From: a virus
Lineage: Duplodnaviria; Caudoviricetes
Length of the DNA: 28,445 nt
IMG/VR virus record: IMGVR_UViG_3300044580_000221
Span: 1-28,445 of that record
Strand: one strand, 5' to 3'
Shown here: positions 1 to 9,200 of the stretch, in pieces
How positions within the stretch are numbered: position 1 is the stretch's first letter
Layout of the letters: each line of letters starts with the position of its first letter
The notes under the pieces: generated by a model
The model's input: the letters and a program-made list of their open reading frames with translations, nothing else
Databases searched by the model: none
Told to the model about the DNA's origin: nothing
Translations under genes and position numbers: made by a program

Positions 1-20
1 TCGTGGCCGGCTTTTTTGTT
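1..20 (+). terminator. 3' part of a probable intrinsic terminator, truncated by the window edge
   Basis: GC-rich GGCCGGC followed by TTTTTTGTT; the 5' arm lies outside the window. Confidence 0.35.
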
Positions 21-27
21 CCCCTCA

Positions 28-55
28 ACTTCCTATAATATATCTTATGTTAACT
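28..55 (+). other. dif: dif-like XerC/XerD recombination site (11-6-11)
   Basis: ACTTCCTATAA-TATATC-TTATGTTAACT. The left arm resembles the Firmicute-type XerC arm (ACTTCCTA(G/T)AA) and the right arm carries the XerD core TTATGTTAA. Confidence 0.85.
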
Positions 56-73
56 CCCAGAACCAGCAATCCA

Positions 74-102
74 AATATAACCGATGTTTTTTGCTTTGTC
101 AA
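74..102 (-). promoter_or_regulatory. sigma70-type promoter pointing left across the dif site
   Basis: Minus strand TTGACA (102..97), 17 nt, TATATT (79..74). Confidence 0.6.
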
Positions 103-103
103 G

Positions 104-559
104 CTATTTTTTTAAACTTTCTGTTTCTGCTGAGTATTCCGAGCTCCGTTCTATGGCCGTAGCTGAATAAGGTGTGTATGGCACCCTACCAGCAAACTTT
201 TCCATATTCAGACTTTTACTTGCATTCCGCTCATCCTGCCATACGGGATGTTTCGGATCCTTAACGCCGCGCGGAACAATCTCGAAATATATCCACCAGT
301 TGCCCTCAACATTATTAAGAGCTTCTGCAAGCCTGGTTATCACAGTGGCCGTTACGCTGGCATTATGATTGCGCAGCATAGTTATATACTGCGGAGTCAG
401 CCCCAGGGCTCTGGCCATGGCTGCATCCGTCTTCCAGCCTTTTAATGCCTGGATTTGCCTGACCGCGTTCTTGCGGAACAGTATTTTATATTCAAGATTA
501 GGATTAGGTAAAACAGATTTTGGTTTCTTAGACTTTCTCTTGAAAAATAGATTTAGCAT
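104..559 (-). CDS. XRE-family HTH transcriptional regulator (151 aa)
   Basis: HTH-like DAAMARALGLTPQYITMLRN...VITRLAEAL; ATG at 559 preceded by AGGGGGAGAG. Confidence 0.7.
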   Translation of the reverse strand: MLNLFFKRKSKKPKSVLPNPNLEYKILFRKNAVRQIQALKGWKTDAAMARALGLTPQYITMLRNHNASVTATVITRLAEALNNVEGNWWIYFEIVPRGVKDPKHPVWQDERNASKSLNMEKFAGRVPYTPYSATAIERSSEYSAETESLKK

Positions 560-582
560 CGCTCTCCCCCTTTTATGCGTCA

Positions 583-611
583 ATGATAACCTATATAGGT
601 GGAGAGAACAA
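583..611 (-). promoter_or_regulatory. Promoter of the XRE gene with a palindrome in the spacer
   Basis: TTGTTC (611..606), 17 nt, TATCAT (588..583); perfect palindrome ACCTATATAGGT at 589..600. Confidence 0.55.
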
Positions 612-618
612 GGCTATT

Positions 619-1359
619 TCAGGTATTTCTGGGAAGCGTTTTCTTGGAAGCGACTATAACCAGATGGCGACTGAAGAGAAGTTGACTTGAGAGGACAATC
701 CGGTTTATCCTGGTGAAATCAAGTCCGCCTTTCTTTAAAGAACGACGTGCTTTTTGCCACGCTTGGAACTTCATGAAAGGAATGAGTAATGCGGCGATAG
801 AATGGTCTTTAAAACTTGACAGTACATTTTCTACAGAGAAGCCGGTATCAGACAGCAGGAATTCGAGTTCATGATAGCGATAAGGAACAAGGTGAAGATT
901 TGGTATCGTTTCTTTAGGATTGTGCGCTTGATCAAATGGCGGCTCCCTGAAATATTCATATGACCCTTCAAACAAAAAACGCAGACGTGATTTCAGGTTC
1001 AGAATATTGGGAGTAGAGATTATTATCCTGCCATCTGGTTTCAGAATACGGTTGATCTCGGAAAGTACCGAATAGGGATTCCGTAAATGCTCGACAACCT
1101 CCATTAAAAGAACATAATCACAGGATGAATCGGAGAATGGCAACGGTTTGGTTATATCGCATATCCTGAAATCGATCTCTCCGCGATATCTAAATCGGGA
1201 GATATCTATATCTCCTGCCACGACCTCAAAACCAATATCCTGAAGACGCTTAGAGTAATCCCCATGGCCGCAACCAAGATCCAGCACTTTCCCGCGGGGC
1301 ATATCTGAAAGAGCTTCGACAACAGCTTCAATAAGATAATTCTTAGAGTCCTTTGACAT
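619..1359 (-). CDS. Class I SAM-dependent methyltransferase (246 aa from the ATG at 1359)
   Basis: Motif I VLDLGCGHG, plus EVVEHLRNP and RILKPDGRIIISTPN, typical of Methyltransf_11/23 proteins. Confidence 0.85.
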   Translation of the reverse strand: MSKDSKNYLIEAVVEALSDMPRGKVLDLGCGHGDYSKRLQDIGFEVVAGDIDISRFRYRGEIDFRICDITKPLPFSDSSCDYVLLMEVVEHLRNPYSVLSEINRILKPDGRIIISTPNILNLKSRLRFLFEGSYEYFREPPFDQAHNPKETIPNLHLVPYRYHELEFLLSDTGFSVENVLSSFKDHSIAALLIPFMKFQAWQKARRSLKKGGLDFTRINRIVLSSQLLFSRHLVIVASKKTLPRNT

Positions 1360-1365
1360 GACAAT

Positions 1366-1394
1366 AAGATACCCGATGAACATATCTTTGTCAA
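1366..1394 (-). promoter_or_regulatory. sigma70-type promoter giving a probably leaderless methyltransferase mRNA
   Basis: TTGACA (1394..1389), 17 nt, TATCTT (1371..1366), 6 nt, ATG (1359); no SD. Confidence 0.65.
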
Positions 1395-1401
1395 TTGGAA
1401 C

Positions 1402-1746
1402 TTATTGATTTTGCACGGCCGCCATTATTTCCTGGGCTTGTTTGCTGACCTGGAAGCTTGGGAGTTTGTCGGCGATCCTATCAATGACTATCCCGGCAAC
1501 CCAACGGGTGAAAGGGTTAAGCTTTACATACCCTTTGCTTTCAACAAGGGATAGGCCCAGCGTTACGATCCGCTTGCGGTCTGCCTTGTTAATCTCCCCA
1601 TCCTGAGCCATCTTCTCGGCCTCCTGGATCAATGGAGTAACAATTGGTGAGATTTTGACCCATTTATCCACGCACCAGGCCACAATAACCTTAATCCTGG
1701 CTATTACGGCCGCCACGCCAGCGATTATCGCTAATATCTTTGTCAT
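1402..1746 (-). CDS. Small membrane protein, holin-like
   Basis: N-terminal hydrophobic helix followed by IQEAEKM...ADRKRIV, reminiscent of LL-H-type holins; GGAGG SD; end of the late operon. Confidence 0.45.
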   Translation of the reverse strand: MTKILAIIAGVAAVIARIKVIVAWCVDKWVKISPIVTPLIQEAEKMAQDGEINKADRKRIVTLGLSLVESKGYVKLNPFTRWVAGIVIDRIADKLPSFQVSKQAQEIMAAVQNQ

Positions 1747-1756
1747 ATTACACCTC

Positions 1757-2275
1757 CTAAAATTTGATTTCCGCTTTTATATATCCGGCCCCGAAACCGT
1801 ATTTCGGCCGCTGCGGGTTAGTCAGCAATTTCTCGCAGTAGGCCATAGCTGGATAAAGCGTGATTTCGATTTTGTCCACCAGTGGGAATTTTAGTGGCAA
1901 GTAGTCTCCGAGAGTTCCCATTCTGCGACCCAGGGCCAACGCGCCGCTTTCCAAAACCTTAGTATCGTCGTAGGCAAAACCGGCGTCAAGGACCCATCCG
2001 CCATATAACGCTTTTACCCACATTGGCCAGCTTGGCACTTGATCGACATCGGTCTTTATCACCTCAAAAGCCGTAAGCTGTTTTACTGACTTGCTATCTG
2101 AGATAAAAAATACTGCCTGCTTGGTCGTGATGCTGATACTCGATGTCTCACTGGATTCAGACGTGGTTTCCGTAGCCTCAGTCTCAGCTCCGTACACCGA
2201 ACCGTTAAAATCAAGATACCCGCACCCCCCGAAAAACACTGCCATCATTACGATTATTACGAGTAGCCTTTTCAT
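1757..2275 (-). CDS. Exported protein, possible lipoprotein or small outer-membrane beta-barrel
   Basis: Signal peptide MKRLLVIIVMMAVFFGGC; C-terminus GYIKAEIKF; ATG at 2275 overlaps the upstream stop (ATGA) and follows AAGGAGGAG. Confidence 0.55.
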   Translation of the reverse strand: MKRLLVIIVMMAVFFGGCGYLDFNGSVYGAETEATETTSESSETSSISITTKQAVFFISDSKSVKQLTAFEVIKTDVDQVPSWPMWVKALYGGWVLDAGFAYDDTKVLESGALALGRRMGTLGDYLPLKFPLVDKIEITLYPAMAYCEKLLTNPQRPKYGFGAGYIKAEIKF

Positions 2276-2406
2276 TTCCACTCCTCCTTTTTAGTTATGG
2301 TTCCGCACTCTTTACACACCCAGCCGTGCTTAGTGAGCCGGCTTACCGTATGATGCCCGCATGTCGGGCAGATTATGTCGCTGCGCTCTCTCCTTTTTGC
2401 TTTCAT
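2272..2406 (-). CDS. 44-aa zinc-ribbon protein (absent from the ORF track)
   Basis: Translated by hand: MKAKRRERSDIICPTCGHHTVSRLTKHGWVCKECGTITKKEEWK; two CxxC pairs; ATGA overlaps at both ends. Confidence 0.75.
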   Translation of the reverse strand: MKAKRRERSDIICPTCGHHTVSRLTKHGWVCKECGTITKKEEWK

Positions 2407-2606
2407 CTCGGCTCTCCTGTCCCCCACGCATCGTATTCACCGCATATCCAATTTAGACAGTGCATACAGTGGGCTTCTGTGCCTATCTTGATCGTCTCGT
2501 GCCATTTATGTATCAACCGGCTCCGGCCGTCCGGACGCCGGCAGGCCGGGCTATTACATTCCAGGTACGTTTTGTCCGCGTGGCGCGGGATGGGTAGCTC
2601 GCTCAA
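2403..2606 (-). CDS. Small Cys-rich, putative zinc-binding protein
   Basis: CNSPAC and HCMHC motifs; ATGA-coupled to both neighbours. Confidence 0.6.
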   Translation of the reverse strand: MSELPIPRHADKTYLECNSPACRRPDGRSRLIHKWHETIKIGTEAHCMHCLNWICGEYDAWGTGEPR

Positions 2607-2917
2607 TGGCTATCCTTATACCCGTTAATGCGTCCCAGAGTCTCTATCATCTGCCGGTGTTCCTCCCGGACGTACCGGCCGCGTTCTTCCGCCTTCTCGT
2701 CGTGCCGCTGGATACTCTCATTAAACCGGTCTATGGACCGGGATGAATCCTCGGATAACTTCTGGTACATCTTCAACACTTCTTGGATTTGCTTCAGCAG
2801 GTCTTTATGAGCCGCCAGCGTCCACATCATTACTTTATAAAGTAAAAAAACGATGGCGCCGCACATTAACCCAAACAACCCAAATTGTCCCCATGGACTA
2901 AGCAAGTGAGTCTCCAC
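2603..2917 (-). CDS. Single-TM coiled-coil protein, holin-like (BhlA/UviB-type architecture)
   Basis: WGQFGLFGLMCGAIVFLLYKVMMW helix then a charged coiled coil; AAGGAG SD before GTG. Confidence 0.5.
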   Translation of the reverse strand: METHLLSPWGQFGLFGLMCGAIVFLLYKVMMWTLAAHKDLLKQIQEVLKMYQKLSEDSSRSIDRFNESIQRHDEKAEERGRYVREEHRQMIETLGRINGYKDSH

Positions 2918-2937
2918 TTTTTATTCTCCTTCCACAC

Positions 2938-2966
2938 TTGACGATTCTGATTTTCAACTGTATACT
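2938..2966 (+). promoter_or_regulatory. sigma70-type promoter giving a probably leaderless mRNA
   Basis: TTGACG (2938..2943), 17 nt, TATACT (2961..2966), 6 nt, ATG (2973); no SD. Confidence 0.7.
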
Positions 2967-2972
2967 CTTCCC

Positions 2973-3275
2973 ATGGATATTTGGAAAGCCTGGATAATCT
3001 TAATTATATTTATAATGCTTGGGGTTTTTCTTGTTGCCTGTGCATGCTTTTTCATCTCAAAGCTTTTCATGAAAGAAACTGTATTTAATAAGACCGCCAG
3101 AAAAGCCCTATTGTTATCACTACTGGTAATGGTTATCTTGACTGTCTTTTATTGTTTGTTTCCAAAATACACTTTCTACGAATCATACGGACGCATTCAC
3201 CGACATAACAGGATCACTGGGACCGTCGAAGAACGGAAATACGGTCCCGATTCCTCCTGGATAAAGCTTAAATAA
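2973..3275 (+). CDS. Two-TM membrane protein, counter-oriented moron
   Basis: Two hydrophobic helices and a short soluble tail; AT-rich; fills the gap between minus-strand genes; has its own promoter. Confidence 0.75.
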   Translation: MDIWKAWIILIIFIMLGVFLVACACFFISKLFMKETVFNKTARKALLLSLLVMVILTVFYCLFPKYTFYESYGRIHRHNRITGTVEERKYGPDSSWIKLK

Positions 3276-3279
3276 TCTT

Positions 3280-6200
3280 TTACTCATACCCCACCTTCCC
3301 GAGTATCTCTCCTATCTTTCTATAAACAGATCTGATTCCTTGGATATCACCCTTCTTGTCGTATTCAACTGCTTTCTTGCGCCAGGCAGAAAGTAACGCG
3401 CTTGCGGCATGCAGCCTATAATACCTGCGGATGTCATCCCCTTTTAGCGTATCCGTGGCTCTTTCATACTTTAGCCTTTCAAGGTCAACATAGAATTCAC
3501 CGAGCTGTCGCTGCGGCTTTTCCGGTGCGTGGACCAATATGTCGGATAATACCGGTATATCGGAAGTCTCTTTTATATCTCTCTGCGGTATCTGTCTCAA
3601 AGCCCCGCCGGTATACTGGTTTAAGATATACTCCATCTTCACGGGAGAGATAGTGTCCTTTTTAAACCCGTTCACCACGCCGGCCAGGGCAGTCGCGAGT
3701 TTAGATGTATTGTAAGTTTTGCGTTCTCCGACGGGAAGGTTTTCAAGAGTTCTGCTTTCGATTGGAGATCCGAAATAATTTTTGTTCTCTAACGCCTGAA
3801 TTACCGGGGCAGTCATAGAGATATTCCAGGGCCGCGGAATCTGCCCCTCAATAATTTTTCTAACCGACTCTACATACTTCGTGTCGTTCATTTCCCAGGC
3901 GTCCATCATCGCCATCGGCAAAGACACAAATAACGTTCCGACCTCAAAAGGCATAGGAAGCCTTAATATGGTATGCTCGCCCACCTCGAAGAAAAAGTTT
4001 GAATACCTGTAATCCGGAGGAAGGTTTTTATACCACTGTTTATCTTTTATTTTAAACCAGTTGATCAACGTAAGGGTTGTCAGCCAGGCGAGGCCTTTAA
4101 CAAAGAAGCCGACCGGGTTCTCCTTTATCGCCCGGCCCATCTTATTGGCCCCCTGGACACTGGCGTTAAAGAAAGCCGTTACTTCGTTGATCCTTTTTCC
4201 CATATACCCCGATTTAGTGAAGTTGACGGTAACATCCTGCGCGTCGTTGAATGCTTTTACAAAAGCGTCCTCTTCTGTCCAGTCCGGGTGTTCTTTAATA
4301 TATTTCTTGTATGACTTCTCGAGTTCGGCCACGCGCGGGCCGAGTTCAAAAACATTCAAGCCTTCTCTGACCTGATTCAGCAAATAAGACAATAGGGACG
4401 GGACATTTTTCAGGTTAATTGCCTTTATTACCTTCTTGCTGGCTTTAAGTTTCTGATTTATCAGATCGTCATATATAGACATTGTGGCAGCGCGATCAAA
4501 ACCCATCATACCGCTTAGGGATCCTCCGGTGTTCTTGAAACGCCAGGCGAGATCACCCGGCTTTGCAGTGATCTCCGTGAGCACCCCCTTAGTGGTGTCC
4601 AGGATAGGAATAGAATCCTTATGTTTGGACAGGACGGCATAAGATAACGCGTCTCTCCAGGGGTTGCGCACAAGGTTGAACGACAGCTTCAGTCCGGTAG
4701 CTCCGAGGCGCAGCATACGGGCAAATGGAGAGAATATCTTGAGCAGTGTGCCTCGGTCTAATGTGTCCAGTCCGGACAATGCCCGGTATAAGTCGGGATG
4801 CAGCTCATAGAATTCACGCTTGCCGTCCCTAAATATCGAGACGACATTGTCTTTGCCTCGATATTGCTGCCCTTGGGTAAATACCGTGAGCATATCTTCA
4901 AGGTTGGCGTCGGCTAAATCAACTCCGATTTCCTCGAGCTGCGACTTTAGTTTCTCAAGCGTGAATGATTGCGCCGTCATTGGTGCCGGCACTCTCGAAA
5001 TAAAGCCGCCAACGCCTTCTTTACGCGCAAGGTCTGCTATAAGCCTGGCAATATTTATCTTCTGCGCCTTGAGTATCATCTCTGAGGCCTGAGAAACGAG
5101 GGATTCGATAGGGTTAATGATCGGCCGCGCACTGCCCTTTATAGACTTGACGGCTTCCCCCCTGTTTACCAGACTTGCTCCGGATCCGCGGGATACTGTC
5201 ATTTCATTGACAAATGCGCGTTTAAATGGCAGGTATATCGGGTTAAGTTCCCTGATTATAGCGGCTTCCTGCTTTCCCAGGCCTCCGGCCCTTATTACCC
5301 AATCAAGCAGGTGGTTACTCCATGAAGTTATTCCCTCGAGAACGCTATCCCAATCTTCTTTAGCGGAGTATTTATCCACGATAAACTTAGCGTCCTCAAT
5401 ATCCACGCCGCTTTCTATCCCTCGTTTCTGGAGGTTGAGCGCGCGCTGAGCTATCCCATAGGCTATAAAAGACGGCATCTCTTTGGCCGAGACCGGAGAA
5501 AGTATCTCTACCAACCCAGGCCCCAATATCTTGCCGTACTCATCAATGGCTTTTTCCATGACAAACGTCCGGGCGATCAGGCCGGCTTTTGACTTCGCAT
5601 AGGTGGCCATGGTAAACGGATCAGCCGTTGGCCGGATGTTCACTCCCGGCTTTATCCCCATTTGTTCTTCTATCTTGCGAAGCGTATAGAATTCATCAAT
5701 GAAGTTCCTATTGAACCACTCATAAGCCTTACGCGCCTTTAGGAACCATCCCGGGACCTCTATGTGTTCTTTCTGGAAGTCTATCTGCGCGAGTATCCGG
5801 TTCTCCGCTCCTTGTCCCTGCCAAGTGTCAATCATATCCTTCAGTGAGGTTAGCTTCTTAGCAAAATCAGGATTGCTCTTCAGGAAAACTTCAGTAAAAA
5901 ACTTATGGAAAAGCGGAGCCTTTTGCGCGGCCTGTCCGGTAGTGAGGTAATGCCTCATATATTCGGCGAAGCCTTCAGAAATACGGGATTTCTCCGGCTC
6001 GTAATCAAGTCTGCCAAGTTCTTTATACAAAGCCGCGCGCTCTTTTCCGGAAGCACTTCCGGACTTCCAATGCTTGCCGAGATCCTTTTTCATCTGCGCG
6101 TCTATATGGTGCGCGATCTCGTGCGTCATTGGCTCAATCTCCCCCCACCTTCTAAGCCGGACAATCTGTTCCCTGCGGCTGTATATGCCGGCAAGGTTCT

Positions 6201-9200
6201 TAAAGCGGTGCGTGGCCCTACCCCTGATTGGCACGTTAAAAGCCTTCTCTGCATAAGACAATATCTCGGTCTTATTAACCTTCTTGCCGATAGCCGGTTC
6301 TTTCGGCATAGAAACGCCCCAGGAGCCAGACTTTAAGGCTTCTGCCGTCTTCTTCTCGGCTATACGCTCCGCGCCCAGGTTGCTATATTTAGCAGATTTT
6401 GCCTCGCCATAAAACTTCTTGTATAAGCCTTGCCTATTCTTATTGACAAATTCCTGGACTCTGTATGTCTCTCCTCTCTCCCTTTTTTCAATCTCTACGT
6501 CTCCCATATCAAAATCCCCACGGGCAAGACTTTTCACTTCATATCCGCCACCCCGGGAATCAAGCTGAATAACGTCTGTCATCCTTGCCGGTAACTTATT
6601 GGTATTAGGTAAATTACCAATCTCACATACAATTATATATTGGGCGGCTTTATACCTTTGCACGGACTCAGATATATATTTATATATATCGCTCCTCGAT
6701 CCTATGCTGTCAATACTAAGAACCGAAGATTGAGCGTCGCAGAATATTACCGCAGTCTTATTATTCCTAACGAAATCCTTTGCCGCTCCGGCAGCCCCTT
6801 CCACACTAAAACTTGTCATCCTCCCGGCTTCCTTCCGGTAGTCAGGTTTCTCCGAGAAGAAATCATACATCCTTGCTTTAATAACTGCCGCTTCTTGGAA
6901 GGACTTCGATATAAAAGAAAACTTCCCGCTATCGGTAACTATATGCCCCTTGAACCTCTTCCCGATCAGTGAATAAGCGGTTTTTGTGGTTTCGATGTCA
7001 GGCTCAGAGGCTTCCGGGTTGCCGGATGGATGGTTGTGCGCGAAATAGATCTCATCGGCTCCTACCCTGTCGGCGGCGTTACTTATTCTATAATAGAGTT
7101 TAGACTTGAAATAAACACGGTCAGGCATACCGGAAGATATAACCTGGTGAGCCATGATTTGCTTTTCTTTGAGATATATTACCTGGAATTGCTCGATAAG
7201 TGGATGGCGGAACGCAGCGGCTATTTCTGCCACGTCGTGGATGGAATTTACTTCTTTGCCGCGGAAGTCGACAAAACCCCTTTTACGGAGTTCTTCGGCT
7301 ATTTTTGAGAGTTTCTCCGGGAATCGTATTCCCTTGTCGGCGGGTCGTATATCCCCTGCGTTCCGACCAGTTCCCTTGCTCTCTCGGACTGTTCCTTCTG
7401 AAAGTTGCGGGGTTTGCCCGGAATATCGGGATATGTCTGCTGCGGCTTTTGCGATCTTCGATTCTGCTTCTTCTGGACTGCCATAAGCGATCTCCTTTTC
7501 GCCCAAAGTATACTTTGAAGACTCGGAATTGTCAAGGTTGGGTTCAATTAAATTAGGATCATACCTGACCCCATAACTTTCCACAGCTTCTTTTAGTGGG
7601 ACGCCAATCATTTTCCCGTTGCTATCAGGATATGCGGTAGTTCCATCTGCAGTAATCCATCCCCAGTCTTTATAATCGTCTATAACACGACTTGGGACTT
7701 TTTTACCATCTACAAGTGCTCTAATAATAGCCTTTCTATGCGCGAATAGTGGTATGTTGCTAAATATCTGCCATTGGCCTATATAGTTTAATAAGTCTCC
7801 AATTTGTCCCTCAGTTGGTTTGCTTGGAATCGGTTTTCCGGTAGTCAAGTTACCTACGCCGACTACTTTACCTCCGAATCCGTGTTGATTTGTCATAGCG
7901 TTGAAAGAATCTATGCTCATTAACCCGGTGTCTACTAATTGCTGCGCAAGTTGATTTCTTTCTGCAACTTTTAATGGGTTAATTTTGTCTTTCAGTCTGT
8001 CCCCAATATATTTTATTAAAGGGATATTCTTGAATTCTTCCCGTGTCATTTCGTACGGTTCTTTATGTATTTGATATTGTTTACCTTGTTCCGCTACTGA
8101 CGAGTACCAGAAATTAACCTCAATTCCCTCATCACTTGCCCGGGTAACATTTGCATATCCGCCTTCTGATTCAACCTTGTTTATAAAGGCGAAGGCTTCT
8201 TCCGGATCAGGAAAAAGCCTTACTCCCGCTCCTTCTCCGCGGCCGCTTTCAAGATCGTGGTATGCCTGGTCCTGGCCAGCTCGATCAATTTCCTGTAATT
8301 CGGGTTGTTCAATACCGCCAATCTCCTGTTGAAGTCTTCTCTCTTCATTGATCATCTCCTTGTAATTACCATATAAATCGTCAAGGACTACCACCTGCTT
8401 TTCCGTCAGTGGTTTGCCGTTTAGGGCCTTATCAAGGATATTTAAAACAGGCTTGGCCGAGTATCCTCTGTTTTGGAAATACGGGGGGTAACTTGAAGGC
8501 TCATAACCGGCGTTTATCACTTCCCCGGTAATATTATCACGCGTAACGTATCTTCTCCCCCGGCCACCGGAAGATATTTCGCTTTTCATATCCTCAATAC
8601 CGGTTTTTATGTCATCGTTGAGCTTGACGGCTGATTTCTCATCGAGTTCTATCCCACCTTTTGCCCCTTTGATTGTCTGCTCTATCTGAGTCTTCGGCTG
8701 AAGCCTCTCGGCGAGACGCTTTGTCATCAACACGTCTATTGGATCGGCGCCATTTATTATCTGCTCTCGATAAGGAAGAAGTTCGGCGTACATCCCTTTT
8801 GAAGGATCTGCGCCGGCGGCCCGGGCGCGCGCGGCTTCCTTTGCTCCCACCCTGTCAAATATCTGTGCCCGCTGCAATTTTCCTTTAGCTTGCTGAACCT
8901 CCAATATTACGTCGTCCACGTTCCCATATTCACTCTTGAGCTTCTTAAGGAAAACCTTCCTGTTCTGCTCGTATAAGGCTTTTTGGAAGTTTGGCGAGAG
9001 ATCGGTCTCAGGGTTTAATTGAGCCTGTTTGACGAGCTTTAACGATTCTTTATAAGATACCGGCTTCCCTGCGATCCTGCGTCCCTCGGACATCACCAGT
9101 CCGCGCATTTGCGGGATCTCGGTCATTGCTCCCAATATCCCTATGGTAGCCGCGTTTATCCCTCCTCTGACCAAGGCGCTCTTTGCGTCCGGTTCTTTTC

